DNA of 64,000 nt, taken from NCBI GenBank assembly GCA_035468285.1, contig DATISY010000090.1, positions 7,407 to 71,406 of the forward strand, given 5' to 3'. Below the pieces are notes generated by a model, which ran no database searches, had not been told where the DNA came from, and saw only the letters and a list, made by a program, of their open reading frames with translations. Origin of the DNA: Acidimicrobiia bacterium (GTDB taxonomy: Bacteria; Actinomycetota; Acidimicrobiia; IMCC26256; PALSA-555). Positions 47,503-56,535 of this stretch are shown here, in pieces (the stretch's first letter is position 1; every line of letters begins with the position of its first letter). Position numbers and translations under genes: made by a program.

Positions 47503-47591
47503 CCCTCTCCCCCGCTCTGAGGTGGCAGCGTAGGGCCCCGGGGTCTCTGTTGCCAAGTGTGGCCGCTGGCCCCTGACGTCACCGGCGGGGC

Positions 47592-48413
47592 TCATTGGGT
47601 GGGACGAGGCCCGGTGACACCGGCAAGGATCAGGTCCCGGACCGGGTGATACGCGGCGGGTGGCCGGTGGCCACTGACCGTCACGACCTCGACGGGGAGG
47701 CCCCGGTGCGCGGCGAGGGCAGGGGCGGGGGCGTCGAGGTCGGCGAACGCGACGGTCTCGACGCCGGCGCCGATCGCGGCGACCGCGAAGACCCCGTCGG
47801 CGACGACGAGGTCGGGGCGTCCCACGGCGAAGAGCCATTCGTCGCCGGCGGCAAGATGGGTCTCGGCCCAGAGCTGGCCGTCACCGACCGCGACGGCGAC
47901 GTCGTCGTGCCACCACAGCGACCGGCCGGACGTATACGGGCCGCTGTGGTCGAGCTCGAGGACCGTCGCGCCCGCGGCGCGACTCGCCCGGGCGAGCGCG
48001 CCGTACAGGGGAAGCAGCGAGGCGGGCTGCGCGGTGGCGAACGCGATGCGGCGGCCCGTGTCGGCGACCGCGCCGAGCCGGGTGCCGGCACGGGTCGCGG
48101 CGGCGAGCACCCGGTCCGGGTCGATCGCGGCGCGCGACCCGTTGAAGGGGCCGGCGGCGGCGGCGATCGCGTCGCGGACCTCTTCGGCGGTGACGGCGTC
48201 GCCCGCGAGATGGAGGGCCGACGCGTCGCCGGCCAGGCGGCGGGCCGCGGCGAACACCTCGCCACGTCCGAGCCGGGGATGGGGCCCGCAGACGCCCGCG
48301 TCGCGGAGCCGGCGAGCGGCGCTGAGCGCACGAACTCGGCGCACCGGGCGCCGGGCGGTCGGGACCGGGTCCGGCAGGTGGCGGGGCAGCCCGCTCCGAG
48401 GTCGGCGGGTCAT
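47592..48413 (-). CDS. Conserved hypothetical protein (co-transcribed with proC)
   Basis: 273 aa. ATGA overlap with the proC stop. Coding-like composition. No family recognised. Confidence 0.5.
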   Translation of the reverse strand: MTRRPRSGLPRHLPDPVPTARRPVRRVRALSAARRLRDAGVCGPHPRLGRGEVFAAARRLAGDASALHLAGDAVTAEEVRDAIAAAAGPFNGSRAAIDPDRVLAAATRAGTRLGAVADTGRRIAFATAQPASLLPLYGALARASRAAGATVLELDHSGPYTSGRSLWWHDDVAVAVGDGQLWAETHLAAGDEWLFAVGRPDLVVADGVFAVAAIGAGVETVAFADLDAPAPALAAHRGLPVEVVTVSGHRPPAAYHPVRDLILAGVTGPRPTQ

Positions 48414-49222
48414 GGGGTCTGGCTGGCTTCGCCGAGCTCTCGGGACCGGGCCGCGGCGGCCGCGACCGCGTCGAGGAACGCGGCTCGCACCCCGCGGGCC
48501 TCGAGGACCCGCAGGGCCGCAGCGGTCGTCCCGCCCGGCGACGTGACGGCCTCGCGGAGCGCCGCGGGCGAGTCGGGGCCGGCCAGGAGGTGCGCGGCGC
48601 CGAGGAACGTCTGGCGGACGAGGTCGTCGGCGACGTCGCGGGTCAGACCGGCGAGCACGCCGGCCTCGACGAGTGCCTCGGCGACGAGGAAGAGGTACGC
48701 CGGCCCGGAACCGGAGAGGGCGGTCACCGCGTCGAGGTGCTCCTCGGGCAAGCGGACGACGGTCCCGACCGCGCCGAGGATCCCCTCGGCGGTCTCGAGG
48801 TGACCGGGGGTGGCGTGTCGGCCGGGTGCGATCGCGGCCGCGCCGTGCCCGACGAGCGCCGGGGTGTTGGGCATGGCTCGCACGACGGGCCGGTCAGGGG
48901 CGTGCCGTTCGAGGACAGCCAGGGGGATCCCGGCGGCGAGGGACACGACGAGTGCCTCCGCGTTGAGCACGTCCGCGCTGGCGGTCAGCGCCGCGGGCAC
49001 GTCGGCCGGTTTCACCGCGACGACGACCACGTCTGCGTCGGCGACGGCCCATGCCGGGGTGGGGACGACCCGGGCCCCGGGGAACCGTTCCTCGAGGTAG
49101 CGGCGCCGTTCCGGGTCGACCTCGGCGATCGCGACGGATCCGAGGTCCCAGCCGGCGTCACGCAGGCCGCTGACGAGCGCTTCGCCCATCCGGCCACCCC
49201 CGAGGACAGCCAGTTGCACCAT
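48410..49222 (-). CDS. proC: Pyrroline-5-carboxylate reductase
   Basis: LAVLGGGRMGEAL Rossmann fold, MPNTPALVG, and TSPGGTTAAAL motifs. Confidence 0.9.
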   Translation of the reverse strand: MVQLAVLGGGRMGEALVSGLRDAGWDLGSVAIAEVDPERRRYLEERFPGARVVPTPAWAVADADVVVVAVKPADVPAALTASADVLNAEALVVSLAAGIPLAVLERHAPDRPVVRAMPNTPALVGHGAAAIAPGRHATPGHLETAEGILGAVGTVVRLPEEHLDAVTALSGSGPAYLFLVAEALVEAGVLAGLTRDVADDLVRQTFLGAAHLLAGPDSPAALREAVTSPGGTTAAALRVLEARGVRAAFLDAVAAAAARSRELGEASQTP

Positions 49223-49228
49223 GCCTGC

Positions 49229-49234
49229 AAGTTA
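49229..49234 (-). promoter_or_regulatory. Candidate -10 hexamer TAACTT, 6 nt upstream of the proC ATG (possible leaderless transcript)
   Basis: Minus strand reads TCTAACTTGCAGGCATG. The hexamer fits the TANNNT pattern and there is no Shine-Dalgarno sequence. Confidence 0.25.
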
Positions 49235-49427
49235 GAAGATCGGCCGCGGATTCGGTGTCAACGAAGACCGGATTGGGGGTTGTGCCCGCGGCGTGCGGGC
49301 GCGACAGTCACCCCGGACCTGGCACCGCCGGTGCCGGGACGGCGGGCCCGAGGTGCAGAAGGCGGCCCCCGCTCGGGGAAGTGCGGGGATTGACCGGACC
49401 GTTCCTCGGGCTCGTCCGCGCCCGGGC

Positions 49428-49877
49428 TCAGCGCCTGAACGCGAGGCGCACCGCGGGTTGGAACCAGGCCTCGACGATCTCGTACAGGACGCCGATGATG
49501 CGGTCGAGCTCGACGGTGTCGAGGTGCTCGAGCGCGACGCGGCCGGTGAGGTACAGGTCGCCGTCGGGCCCGATCGAGAACCCGACCCCGTACAGGCCGT
49601 GGTTGCGCTGGAGCAGGAACCGGTACAGGTCGAGCTGGTTCCGCGGCGGGTCGGGGAGGAAGTACACCTCGTAGCGCAGGGTGCGTTGGTGCAGGTCGAA
49701 GTAGATGGTGGTCGCGTCGCGGCCGTCGCAGCCGAAGCGGACATACCAGCGGGGGATCTCCGGGTCGTACTCGACGGTCTGGATGTACGGCTGCGCCGCG
49801 ACCTCGACCTCGAGGTGGTGAGCGATGAGGTCGTGCGCGGCCCGCTCCCGGGCTTCGAGCTCGGCGACCTCGGTCAC
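49428..49877 (-). CDS. YbjN domain-containing protein
   Basis: 149 aa from GTG 49877 (GTGA overlap with the mshA stop). I recall mshA followed by a YbjN-like gene as conserved synteny in mycobacteria (Rv0486-Rv0487). Confidence 0.65.
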   Translation of the reverse strand: MTEVAELEARERAAHDLIAHHLEVEVAAQPYIQTVEYDPEIPRWYVRFGCDGRDATTIYFDLHQRTLRYEVYFLPDPPRNQLDLYRFLLQRNHGLYGVGFSIGPDGDLYLTGRVALEHLDTVELDRIIGVLYEIVEAWFQPAVRLAFRR

Positions 49878-51103
49878 GTGCACTGCACGAGGGCGCGCGC
49901 GGCCAGGTCTGAGTAGAGGCGGCGCAGCCGCGCCGCGGCGATGCTCCACGTGTACCGGCCGGCGCGTACCGCGGCCTCCGCGCCCATGGTGGCCGCATCG
50001 TCGGGACGGGCCAGGAGCCGTTCGACCGGTGCGGCGTAGTCGCACGGGGCGCGGCCGTCGATGAGGAAGCCGGTGCGGGCCTGGTCGACGAGGGTGGTGA
50101 GCCCACCGACGTTCGCGGCGACGACCGGGGTACCGCACGCCGCCGCTTCGAGGGCGACGAGGCCGAACGACTCGCTGCGCGAGGGAACGAGGCAGACGTC
50201 GGCGGCGCGGTACCAGTCGGCGAGGGCGGCGTGGGGGACGGGGGGGACCCACCGGACGCGTCCGTCGATCCCGAGGTCCCGGGCGCGGTCGTGGAGTCGA
50301 GCGACTTCGCTGGGCCCGTCGTCGCCGCTCGGGCCCCCGACCACGACGAGCTCGGCGCGGGAGTCGGTGAGCTCGGCGAGGCACCCGAGCGCGACGTCGA
50401 CGCCTTTGAGGGCCTGGATCCGACCGACGTAGAGGAGCACGGGCCGGTCGGTCGGGAGGTGCAGCCGGCGTCGGGCGGCGCTGCGGTCACCGGGTGAGAA
50501 CAGGGCGTGGTCGACTCCGGGGGCGATGACTTCGATGCGGTCCGGATCGGCGTCATGCGTCGCGCAGAGCTGCGCCTGCTCGTCGGTCGTGGAGACGACG
50601 ACCAGATCGGCGCAGCGCACGATCTCGGCCTCGACCCGGCCGCGGGGCTCGGGATCGTCGACGACGCCCGCTTCGGCCTTGACGTGGGCCAGCGTGTGGA
50701 ACGTCGCGACCATGGGGACGTCGAGGTCATGCTTGAGTCGGTGCGCGACGGCGCCCGAGACCCAGTAGTTGGCGTGGAGTGCGTCGTAGCACCCTCGGCC
50801 GCACCCGAGGTGTGCCCGGGCCGCGTCGACCAGCTCGTCGAAGAGCCCGGGGAGAGCCCGCTTCGGGACCGGGGCGCGCGGCCCTGCGTCGAGGTGCACC
50901 ACCCGCAGTCCCGGCTCGAGCTCGACGATGGGCGGCTGGTCGGGGTGCTCGGCGCGGGTCAGCACGTCGCAGGCGACCCCTGCCCGGGCCAGAGCCTCCC
51001 CGACCGAGCGGACGTAGACGTTCATCCCGCCACCGTCCCCCGACCCGGGTTGAGCCAGGGGCGACGTGTGGAGGCTCAGCATCGCGACCCGAGAGGTACT
51101 CAT
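49874..51103 (-). CDS. mshA: D-inositol-3-phosphate glycosyltransferase (mycothiol biosynthesis)
   Basis: VAMLSLHTSPLAQPGSGDGGGMNVYV N-terminus is typical of MshA. GT4 E-x7-E region: SESFGLVALEAAACGTPVV. Confidence 0.85.
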   Translation of the reverse strand: MSTSRVAMLSLHTSPLAQPGSGDGGGMNVYVRSVGEALARAGVACDVLTRAEHPDQPPIVELEPGLRVVHLDAGPRAPVPKRALPGLFDELVDAARAHLGCGRGCYDALHANYWVSGAVAHRLKHDLDVPMVATFHTLAHVKAEAGVVDDPEPRGRVEAEIVRCADLVVVSTTDEQAQLCATHDADPDRIEVIAPGVDHALFSPGDRSAARRRLHLPTDRPVLLYVGRIQALKGVDVALGCLAELTDSRAELVVVGGPSGDDGPSEVARLHDRARDLGIDGRVRWVPPVPHAALADWYRAADVCLVPSRSESFGLVALEAAACGTPVVAANVGGLTTLVDQARTGFLIDGRAPCDYAAPVERLLARPDDAATMGAEAAVRAGRYTWSIAAARLRRLYSDLAARALVQCT

Positions 51104-51142
51104 CCGGGGGTTGATCCTACCGACGGGGGTCCGCGGGCCCGA

Positions 51143-51520
51143 TCACGCCGTGTCCGACGCAGGCCGGTCGCGTCCCTCACGTTGGAAGGACCGGTAGACC
51201 TCGATCATGGCCTGCTTCTGCGAGTCGGTGAGCGACGAGTCACGCAGGATCTCGTCCTCGAGACGCGGCTCGGAGCCATCGCGCGGATCGAGGATGCCGG
51301 CCTGGACGTAGAGGGTCTCGGCCGAGACGTGCAATGCCCGGGCGAGCTGCTGGAGGATGTCGGCGCTGGGTTTCCGCAGACCCCGCTCGATCTGGCTCAG
51401 GTACGGGTTCGAGACCCCCGCGAGCTCGCTCAGCCGCCGCAGCGAAAGCCGCGCGTCACGGCGCCGGTCGCGGATGTAGGCGCCGAGGTCATGGAGCCGC
51501 TGCTCGATGGCGTCGGCCAC
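51143..51520 (-). CDS. XRE-family helix-turn-helix transcriptional regulator
   Basis: LSLRRLSELAGVSNPYLSQIERGLRKPS motif. Confidence 0.8.
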   Translation of the reverse strand: MADAIEQRLHDLGAYIRDRRRDARLSLRRLSELAGVSNPYLSQIERGLRKPSADILQQLARALHVSAETLYVQAGILDPRDGSEPRLEDEILRDSSLTDSQKQAMIEVYRSFQREGRDRPASDTA

Positions 51521-51523
51521 GGG

Positions 51524-52042
51524 TCAGGCGTGTTCGACTTTGTGGCGTGCCGCGAGATCCGCTTCGATGCCGTCGATGACCCGGTGCAACGCCCGGCGCC
51601 GCTCGGACATCTCGCCTTCGAGGGTCCGGAGCTGCTGGAGGGTGTCGCTCAGCTCGTGCTCGCTGAGCGTGGGCAGGTTGACGAGGGTGGCGTCGGTGAT
51701 GAGCCGTTCGAGGCCACGCTGCCAGGTGATGTCCGGCGATGGCGCGAGGTGACGCGGGAGACGGCTGTGGGCAGGGTCGGCGCGGGGGCTGTCGTCGGAG
51801 AGGATCTTCGGGAGCATCGCCACCAGGTCCTGGACCGAGCCTCCGGCGGCCCGCCGATCGAGCTCGGCGAGGACGATGTCGATGCGGGCCTGGGCGAGGC
51901 GTCGCACATACGACACCTCGGTCTCAACCTCGAGGCTTTCCTCGTGCATCGCCCGAACGGCGTCGAGGGGTTTGGCATCGAGCCCGTCGAGGTAACCCTC
52001 TTCGAGCATGACGTCGAGACGGCGCCGATGCTGCTGACTCAC
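51524..52042 (-). CDS. RsiG-like anti-sigma factor (candidate c-di-GMP binding)
   Basis: E40-x3-S44-x2-R47-x3-Q51-x3-D55 ([14 protein letters not shown]) and a second copy with Q replaced by H (E142 ... D157). Predicted helical protein. Confidence 0.6.
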   Translation of the reverse strand: MSQQHRRRLDVMLEEGYLDGLDAKPLDAVRAMHEESLEVETEVSYVRRLAQARIDIVLAELDRRAAGGSVQDLVAMLPKILSDDSPRADPAHSRLPRHLAPSPDITWQRGLERLITDATLVNLPTLSEHELSDTLQQLRTLEGEMSERRRALHRVIDGIEADLAARHKVEHA

Positions 52043-52134
52043 CGCGGCGAGGGTACCGCCTCCGGTGCCAGCGGCGATGCGGCCCCGGTGTCCGGCGCCG
52101 ATACCGTCCGTTCAGCGCTCCGAGAGGAAACCCG

Positions 52135-52755
52135 ATGGCCTTCTACTCCCTCCCCGACCTCCCCTACGACTACGGGGCTCTCGAGCCGCACTTGTCGGCT
52201 CGCATCTTGGAGCTCCACCACGACAAACACCACAAGGCCTATGTCGACGGTGCCAACAAGGTCCTTGAACGCCTCGCGGAGGCCCGCGCCAGCGGCGACT
52301 TCGGATCCATCAACCAGCTCGAGAAGAACCTGGCGTTCCATCTCTCGGGTCACATCCTCCATTCGCTCTTCTGGAAGAATCTGAGCCCCAACGGTGGCGA
52401 GAAGCCCAGCGGCGACCTGGCCGCGGCCATCGACGAGTACCTCGGCTCCTTCGACGGGTTCCGGTCCCAGATGACCGAAGCCGCGAACAACGTCCAGGGG
52501 TCGGGCTGGGCCGCGCTGTCCTGGGAGCCGGTCGGGCATCGGCTCATCGTCGAGCAGGTCTACGACCACCAAGGCAACGTCGGGCAGGGCGGGCCACCCC
52601 TGCTGGTCCTCGACATGTGGGAGCACGCCTACTACCTGCAGTACGAGAACCGGAAGACCGAGTGGGTCGACGCGTACTGGAACCTCGTGAACTGGCCGGA
52701 CGTCGAGCAACGCTTCGAGAGCGCCCGGCGTATCAATCTCGAGCTTGGAACCTGA
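52135..52755 (+). CDS. sodA: Fe/Mn superoxide dismutase
   Basis: [20 protein letters not shown], and [11 protein letters not shown] motifs. Confidence 0.95.
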   Translation: MAFYSLPDLPYDYGALEPHLSARILELHHDKHHKAYVDGANKVLERLAEARASGDFGSINQLEKNLAFHLSGHILHSLFWKNLSPNGGEKPSGDLAAAIDEYLGSFDGFRSQMTEAANNVQGSGWAALSWEPVGHRLIVEQVYDHQGNVGQGGPPLLVLDMWEHAYYLQYENRKTEWVDAYWNLVNWPDVEQRFESARRINLELGT

Positions 52756-53617
52756 CACCCCCGAGGTGAGCGGCCCGAACGCCGCCCAAGCCGAGCGCTG
52801 GGGCGGACCGGCCGGCCACCACTGGGTCGAGCACGAAGCTGCGTACGACCGCCAACTCGAGGGGTACGGCGCCGCGCTCCTCAACACGGCGGCGCTGCAG
52901 GGCAGCGACGAGGTCCTCGACGTGGGTTGCGGCACGGGGACCACGTCGCTCGTCGCGGCCCGCCAGGCGCAGCACGTGCTCGGGCTCGATCTCTCCCCGG
53001 TCTTGATCGACCGGGCACGGGCCCGCGCCGCGGCGTACCCCAACCTGGACTTCCGCGTCGACGACGCGCAGACGGCGAGGTTGGCGGTCCCGGTCGACGT
53101 GGTCATCAGCCGCTTCGGCCTGATGGTCTTCGACGATCCGCCCGCCGCGTTCTCGAACCTGCGGCGGGCCGCCGTGCCGGGCGGCCGGCTGGTCACCATC
53201 AGCTGGCAGGGACTCGAACGCAACGACTGGATGCGCGTCCTGGGCGAGGCCCTCGCCCGCGTCGTCCCCGTGGGCGACCTCGCCGAGCCGGGCCTGCCCG
53301 GCCCGTTCTCGCTCGCGTCCCGCGAGGACCTCACCGCGCTCCTCGAGACCGCGGGGTGGAGCGACGTCACCGTCGACGAGGTGGCGTTGCCGGTCCCCGT
53401 CGGTGGCGCTCGCACCCTCGACGACGCCGTCGAGTTCGTGCGCGGCGGCTCGCTGGGTCGCTCCGTGCTCGCCGGCGTCTCCCCCGCGGTGGAGGCGCGC
53501 GCGATGGGTCAGGTCCGCGACGCGCTCGCGCCGCACGTCGGCCCCGACGGTGTCGTGCTGCCCGGCGCGGCGTGGGTTGTGCAGGCGACGAACGTCAGGG
53601 ATACGCCCCGCCGCTGA
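52745..53617 (+). CDS. Class I SAM-dependent methyltransferase
   Basis: [12 protein letters not shown] motif I. Start uncertain (TTG 52745 or a downstream GTG). Confidence 0.75.
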   Translation: MEPDTPEVSGPNAAQAERWGGPAGHHWVEHEAAYDRQLEGYGAALLNTAALQGSDEVLDVGCGTGTTSLVAARQAQHVLGLDLSPVLIDRARARAAAYPNLDFRVDDAQTARLAVPVDVVISRFGLMVFDDPPAAFSNLRRAAVPGGRLVTISWQGLERNDWMRVLGEALARVVPVGDLAEPGLPGPFSLASREDLTALLETAGWSDVTVDEVALPVPVGGARTLDDAVEFVRGGSLGRSVLAGVSPAVEARAMGQVRDALAPHVGPDGVVLPGAAWVVQATNVRDTPRR

Positions 53618-53849
53618 CGGGGGGGAGGACCGCGACCTCGTCCCCCGCGGCCAGGAGCGTGGCGTCACCGTCGGCGGGATCCTCACCGTTCACCCAGACC
53701 CGCGCGGTGCCCAGCACCGCCCCGAACTCGGGGCCGTACCGAGCCCGCAGGTCGTCCAGCAGCTTGCCCAACGACGGGGCGTCCAGCGTCGCCTCGCGGG
53801 TCCCGGCGGCGTCGCGCGCCGCGGCGAAGAAGCGGACGCGGACGCTCAG
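53595..53849 (-). CDS. MoaD/ThiS-family ubiquitin-like beta-grasp protein, GG followed by a 3-residue tail (start at CTG)
   Basis: Own translation: (CTG)[83 protein letters not shown]. It is not in the ORF track because the first canonical start (TTG) leaves only 58 codons. A GGAG lies 7 nt upstream of the CTG. Confidence 0.65.
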   Translation of the reverse strand: MSVRVRFFAAARDAAGTREATLDAPSLGKLLDDLRARYGPEFGAVLGTARVWVNGEDPADGDATLLAAGDEVAVLPPVSGGAYP

Positions 53850-53871
53850 GCCGACGCTCCGCGGGGGCGGC

Positions 53872-54033
53872 TCATCCCGCAGGGGGGTCCTCGGCGCCCT
53901 CGAGGCGGTCCAGCTCCCGCTCGAGGTCGGCCAGCTCCCGTTCGGCTGCCTCGAGGGCAGCCAGGTCGCGGTCGAGGCCCTCGTCGCGCGTCGAGACGTG
54001 CTCCTCGGGCGGGTCGTCGTCGGGGCCGGCCAC
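53872..54033 (-). CDS. Candidate 53-aa acidic coiled-coil protein
   Basis: Own translation from GTG 54033: MAGPDDDPPEEHVSTRDEGLDRDLAALEAAERELADLERELDRLEGAEDPPAG. It sits between the Lon-N and MoaD-like genes. Confidence 0.3.
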   Translation of the reverse strand: MAGPDDDPPEEHVSTRDEGLDRDLAALEAAERELADLERELDRLEGAEDPPAG

Positions 54034-54057
54034 GCCGCCAGCGTACGCGGCCGGTCC

Positions 54058-54684
54058 TCACCCGCCGGCCAGGCGCAGCTCCAGCACCGCGGTCTCCTCC
54101 TCGACGAGCGTCGCGAGGCGCGTCAAGCGTGCCGGGGTGTCATCCAGCTCGAGGAGCTGCTGCGCGTCGAGGGGATTGAGCGACGCGAGCGCGCACGCCT
54201 CGAACGACGCGCGCACCGGGTCGTCGGCCAGGGTGACGTCGACACCGGGGCTGGGGTCGCCGAGCTCGGTGCGCAACGCCAACATGCGCTGCAACGCCCG
54301 GCCGAGGTCGGGGAGGAGCGCGCCCGCGCCCGGGCCGCCCTGCTCGTCGAGGACCTCGACGATGGCCTGCGGGTAGGGGTCCTCGGTGAGCCACTCCGAG
54401 ATCCGCACCCGGTGCTCGCCGACCGTCATGAGCACCCAGCGGCCGTCGTCGAGACGTCCCGCTTGCACGATCCGCGCCGCGGTGCCGATGCCGAAGCGGC
54501 GGTCCCCTCCCCCGACCTCGCTGCCCCGCTCGATGAGCACCACCCCGAACCGGGCGTCGTTGGCCAGGCAGTGCTCGGTCATCGCCCGGTACCGCGGCTC
54601 GAAGACATGCAGCGGGAGCACCGCGTGGGGAAACAGGACCGTACCCAGCGGGAACATCGGCAACCGATCGGACCGCATGGCCAT
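54058..54684 (-). CDS. LON peptidase N-terminal (substrate-binding) domain protein
   Basis: LPMFPLGTVLFPHAVLPLHVFEPRYR motif. 208 aa from ATG 54684. Confidence 0.8.
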   Translation of the reverse strand: MAMRSDRLPMFPLGTVLFPHAVLPLHVFEPRYRAMTEHCLANDARFGVVLIERGSEVGGGDRRFGIGTAARIVQAGRLDDGRWVLMTVGEHRVRISEWLTEDPYPQAIVEVLDEQGGPGAGALLPDLGRALQRMLALRTELGDPSPGVDVTLADDPVRASFEACALASLNPLDAQQLLELDDTPARLTRLATLVEEETAVLELRLAGG

Positions 54685-54703
54685 CCCGGTCGACCGGATC
54701 CGC

Positions 54704-55471
54704 TCAGTTCGCCCGGGCGCGCAGCCGGGCGGCGTCTTGGCGCAGCCGCGCCGCGCCGGGCTCATCCGACTCGGCGGCGAGATCGTCGAGGACCGTGGCC
54801 GCCTCCTCGAAGCGCCCGAGGGTTCCGAGCAGCGCCGCCGCGTCGCGCCGCTCACCGGCCGCGACGCCCGGAACCGCAAGCCGGAGCCGCAGCGCCCATA
54901 CCGCGTCGGCCGGGGACCGTTCGACAAGGGTGTGCACCAGGTTGGCGAGCATGCGCACGAGAATGGCCCGGGGGCCGACCGGCGCGAGGTACGCGTCGGC
55001 CCACGGGGACCCAACCCGGAGGCGTTCGAAGAGATCCTGGCACCCGCGGCGATCGAGCCGGACGCCGCCCCTGAAGGGATCGATGAACTCGTCAGGTCCG
55101 ACGCCGACCAGGAAGTGGCCGGGCATGCCGATCCCCGCCAGGTTCCGCCCGCGCCGGCGGCTCACCTCCAGCATCAGCACGCTCAGCGTGATCGGGATCC
55201 CCAGGCGCCGGCGGATGACCTCGTCGAGGAACGAGTTGCGCGGGTCGGCGTAGTCGACCTCGTTGCCGGCGAACCGCCCGTCCGCGAAGAGGAACGCGGC
55301 CAGCGCCTCCGGTTCGTCGGGCGACGCATCGGCCAGCTCGTCGAGCGAGACCAGCGTCGCGCGCAGGTCGACGTCGTGGTCGTGCGCCGCGATCAAGAGC
55401 GCCGCTTCGTCGAGCGGGATCTCGGCGTCAGGGCGGCGGACGAGACGCGTGAACTCTTCGGTGGGACGCAT
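54704..55471 (-). CDS. SirB1-like protein (transglutaminase-like fold plus TPR-like C-terminus)
   Basis: RRRLGIPITLSVLMLEVSRRRG ... GMPGHFLV ... IDPF motif. 255 aa from ATG 55471. Confidence 0.65.
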   Translation of the reverse strand: MRPTEEFTRLVRRPDAEIPLDEAALLIAAHDHDVDLRATLVSLDELADASPDEPEALAAFLFADGRFAGNEVDYADPRNSFLDEVIRRRLGIPITLSVLMLEVSRRRGRNLAGIGMPGHFLVGVGPDEFIDPFRGGVRLDRRGCQDLFERLRVGSPWADAYLAPVGPRAILVRMLANLVHTLVERSPADAVWALRLRLAVPGVAAGERRDAAALLGTLGRFEEAATVLDDLAAESDEPGAARLRQDAARLRARAN

Positions 55472-55496
55472 CAAACCCGACGGTACACTCGCCGTC

Positions 55497-55931
55497 GTGA
55501 CGGACGACCTGCGCGACATCGTCGCGTCACGGTTGCGAGGCATCCGACAACGACTGACACCGAACCGGGAAGCGATCGTCGACGTCCTCGCCGCGTCATC
55601 TCGGCCGCTGACCATTCCCGAGGTGCTCAAGACCCGATCCGGCCTGGCGCAGAGCAGCGTGTACCGCAACCTGGTCGTCCTCGTCGACGCCGGAGTGGTC
55701 CACCGGATCGTCACCAACGACGAGTTCGCCCGCTTCGAGCTCGCCGAGGACCTCCTCGGCCATCACCATCACTTGATCTGCTCCGAGTGCGGGCGGGTCG
55801 AGGACGTCCCGCCCAATGCCCGCCTCGAGCAATCGCTGCGACACGCGGCGGACCAGATCGCGTCCGCGACCGGGTTCCACACCCACACCCACCGGATCGA
55901 CCTGGTGGGCTTGTGCCGCCGCTGCGCCTGA
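55497..55931 (+). CDS. Fur-family metalloregulator
   Basis: RLTPNREAIVDVL winged helix, HHHHLICSECGRV and C-terminal GLCRRC (CxxC ... CxxC structural site). GTG 55497. Confidence 0.85.
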   Translation: MTDDLRDIVASRLRGIRQRLTPNREAIVDVLAASSRPLTIPEVLKTRSGLAQSSVYRNLVVLVDAGVVHRIVTNDEFARFELAEDLLGHHHHLICSECGRVEDVPPNARLEQSLRHAADQIASATGFHTHTHRIDLVGLCRRCA

Positions 55932-56010
55932 GGCGCGCCGGGCACCGACAAGCCAACCGCCCAGGCGGTGATGCCCGGCACGGCGGGGTCCCTCGATAGG
56001 GTCGCCGACG

Positions 56011-56535
56011 GTGGACGAGCTCACGCGACTCCTGCTCGCGGCCCGCGACGGCGACCGCGCCGCGCTCGGCAGCTTCGTCCGCCACAGCCAGGGCGACGTG
56101 TGGCGGTTCGTGGCGCACCGTGTCGGGCCCGACGACGCCGACGACGTGACCCAGGACGCATACGTCCGAGCGTGGCGAGCGACGCCTGCGTTCCGGAACG
56201 AGGCGACGGCGCGGACGTGGCTCCTCGCCATCGCCCGCCGCGCGTGCGTCGACGCGTTGCGTCACCGGGGCCGCCGAACCCGTCTCACCAGCCGCCTCAC
56301 GTCGCGAACCACCGCGGGTCAACAGCCAGACCCGGCGGCGGCCAACGCCCTCGAGGACCTGGTCGGCGGGCTCAACCCCGATCGGCGAGACGCGTTCGTG
56401 CTCACGCAGCTCCTCGGCTGCTCCTACGAGGAAGCCGCGACGATCTGCGGCGTCCCGGTCGGCACGGTCCGGTCGCGGGTCGCACGGGCCCGCGCCAGCC
56501 TGGTCGAGCAGCTCCGCGACGTCGCCGCGAGCTGA
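56011..56535 (+). CDS. ECF-type RNA polymerase sigma factor
   Basis: DAYVRAW (region 2) and SYEEAATICGVPVGTVRSRVARAR (region 4.2 HTH). Confidence 0.85.
   Translation: MDELTRLLLAARDGDRAALGSFVRHSQGDVWRFVAHRVGPDDADDVTQDAYVRAWRATPAFRNEATARTWLLAIARRACVDALRHRGRRTRLTSRLTSRTTAGQQPDPAAANALEDLVGGLNPDRRDAFVLTQLLGCSYEEAATICGVPVGTVRSRVARARASLVEQLRDVAAS

Noticed and set aside
53846-54061. 71-aa minus-strand track ORF ([20 protein letters not shown]...) between the Lon-N and MoaD-like genes.
   Set aside because: The translation is an Arg/Pro/Gly string. A different frame over the same DNA gives a compositionally normal acidic coiled-coil peptide (53872-54033), and the MoaD-like gene begins at 53849.
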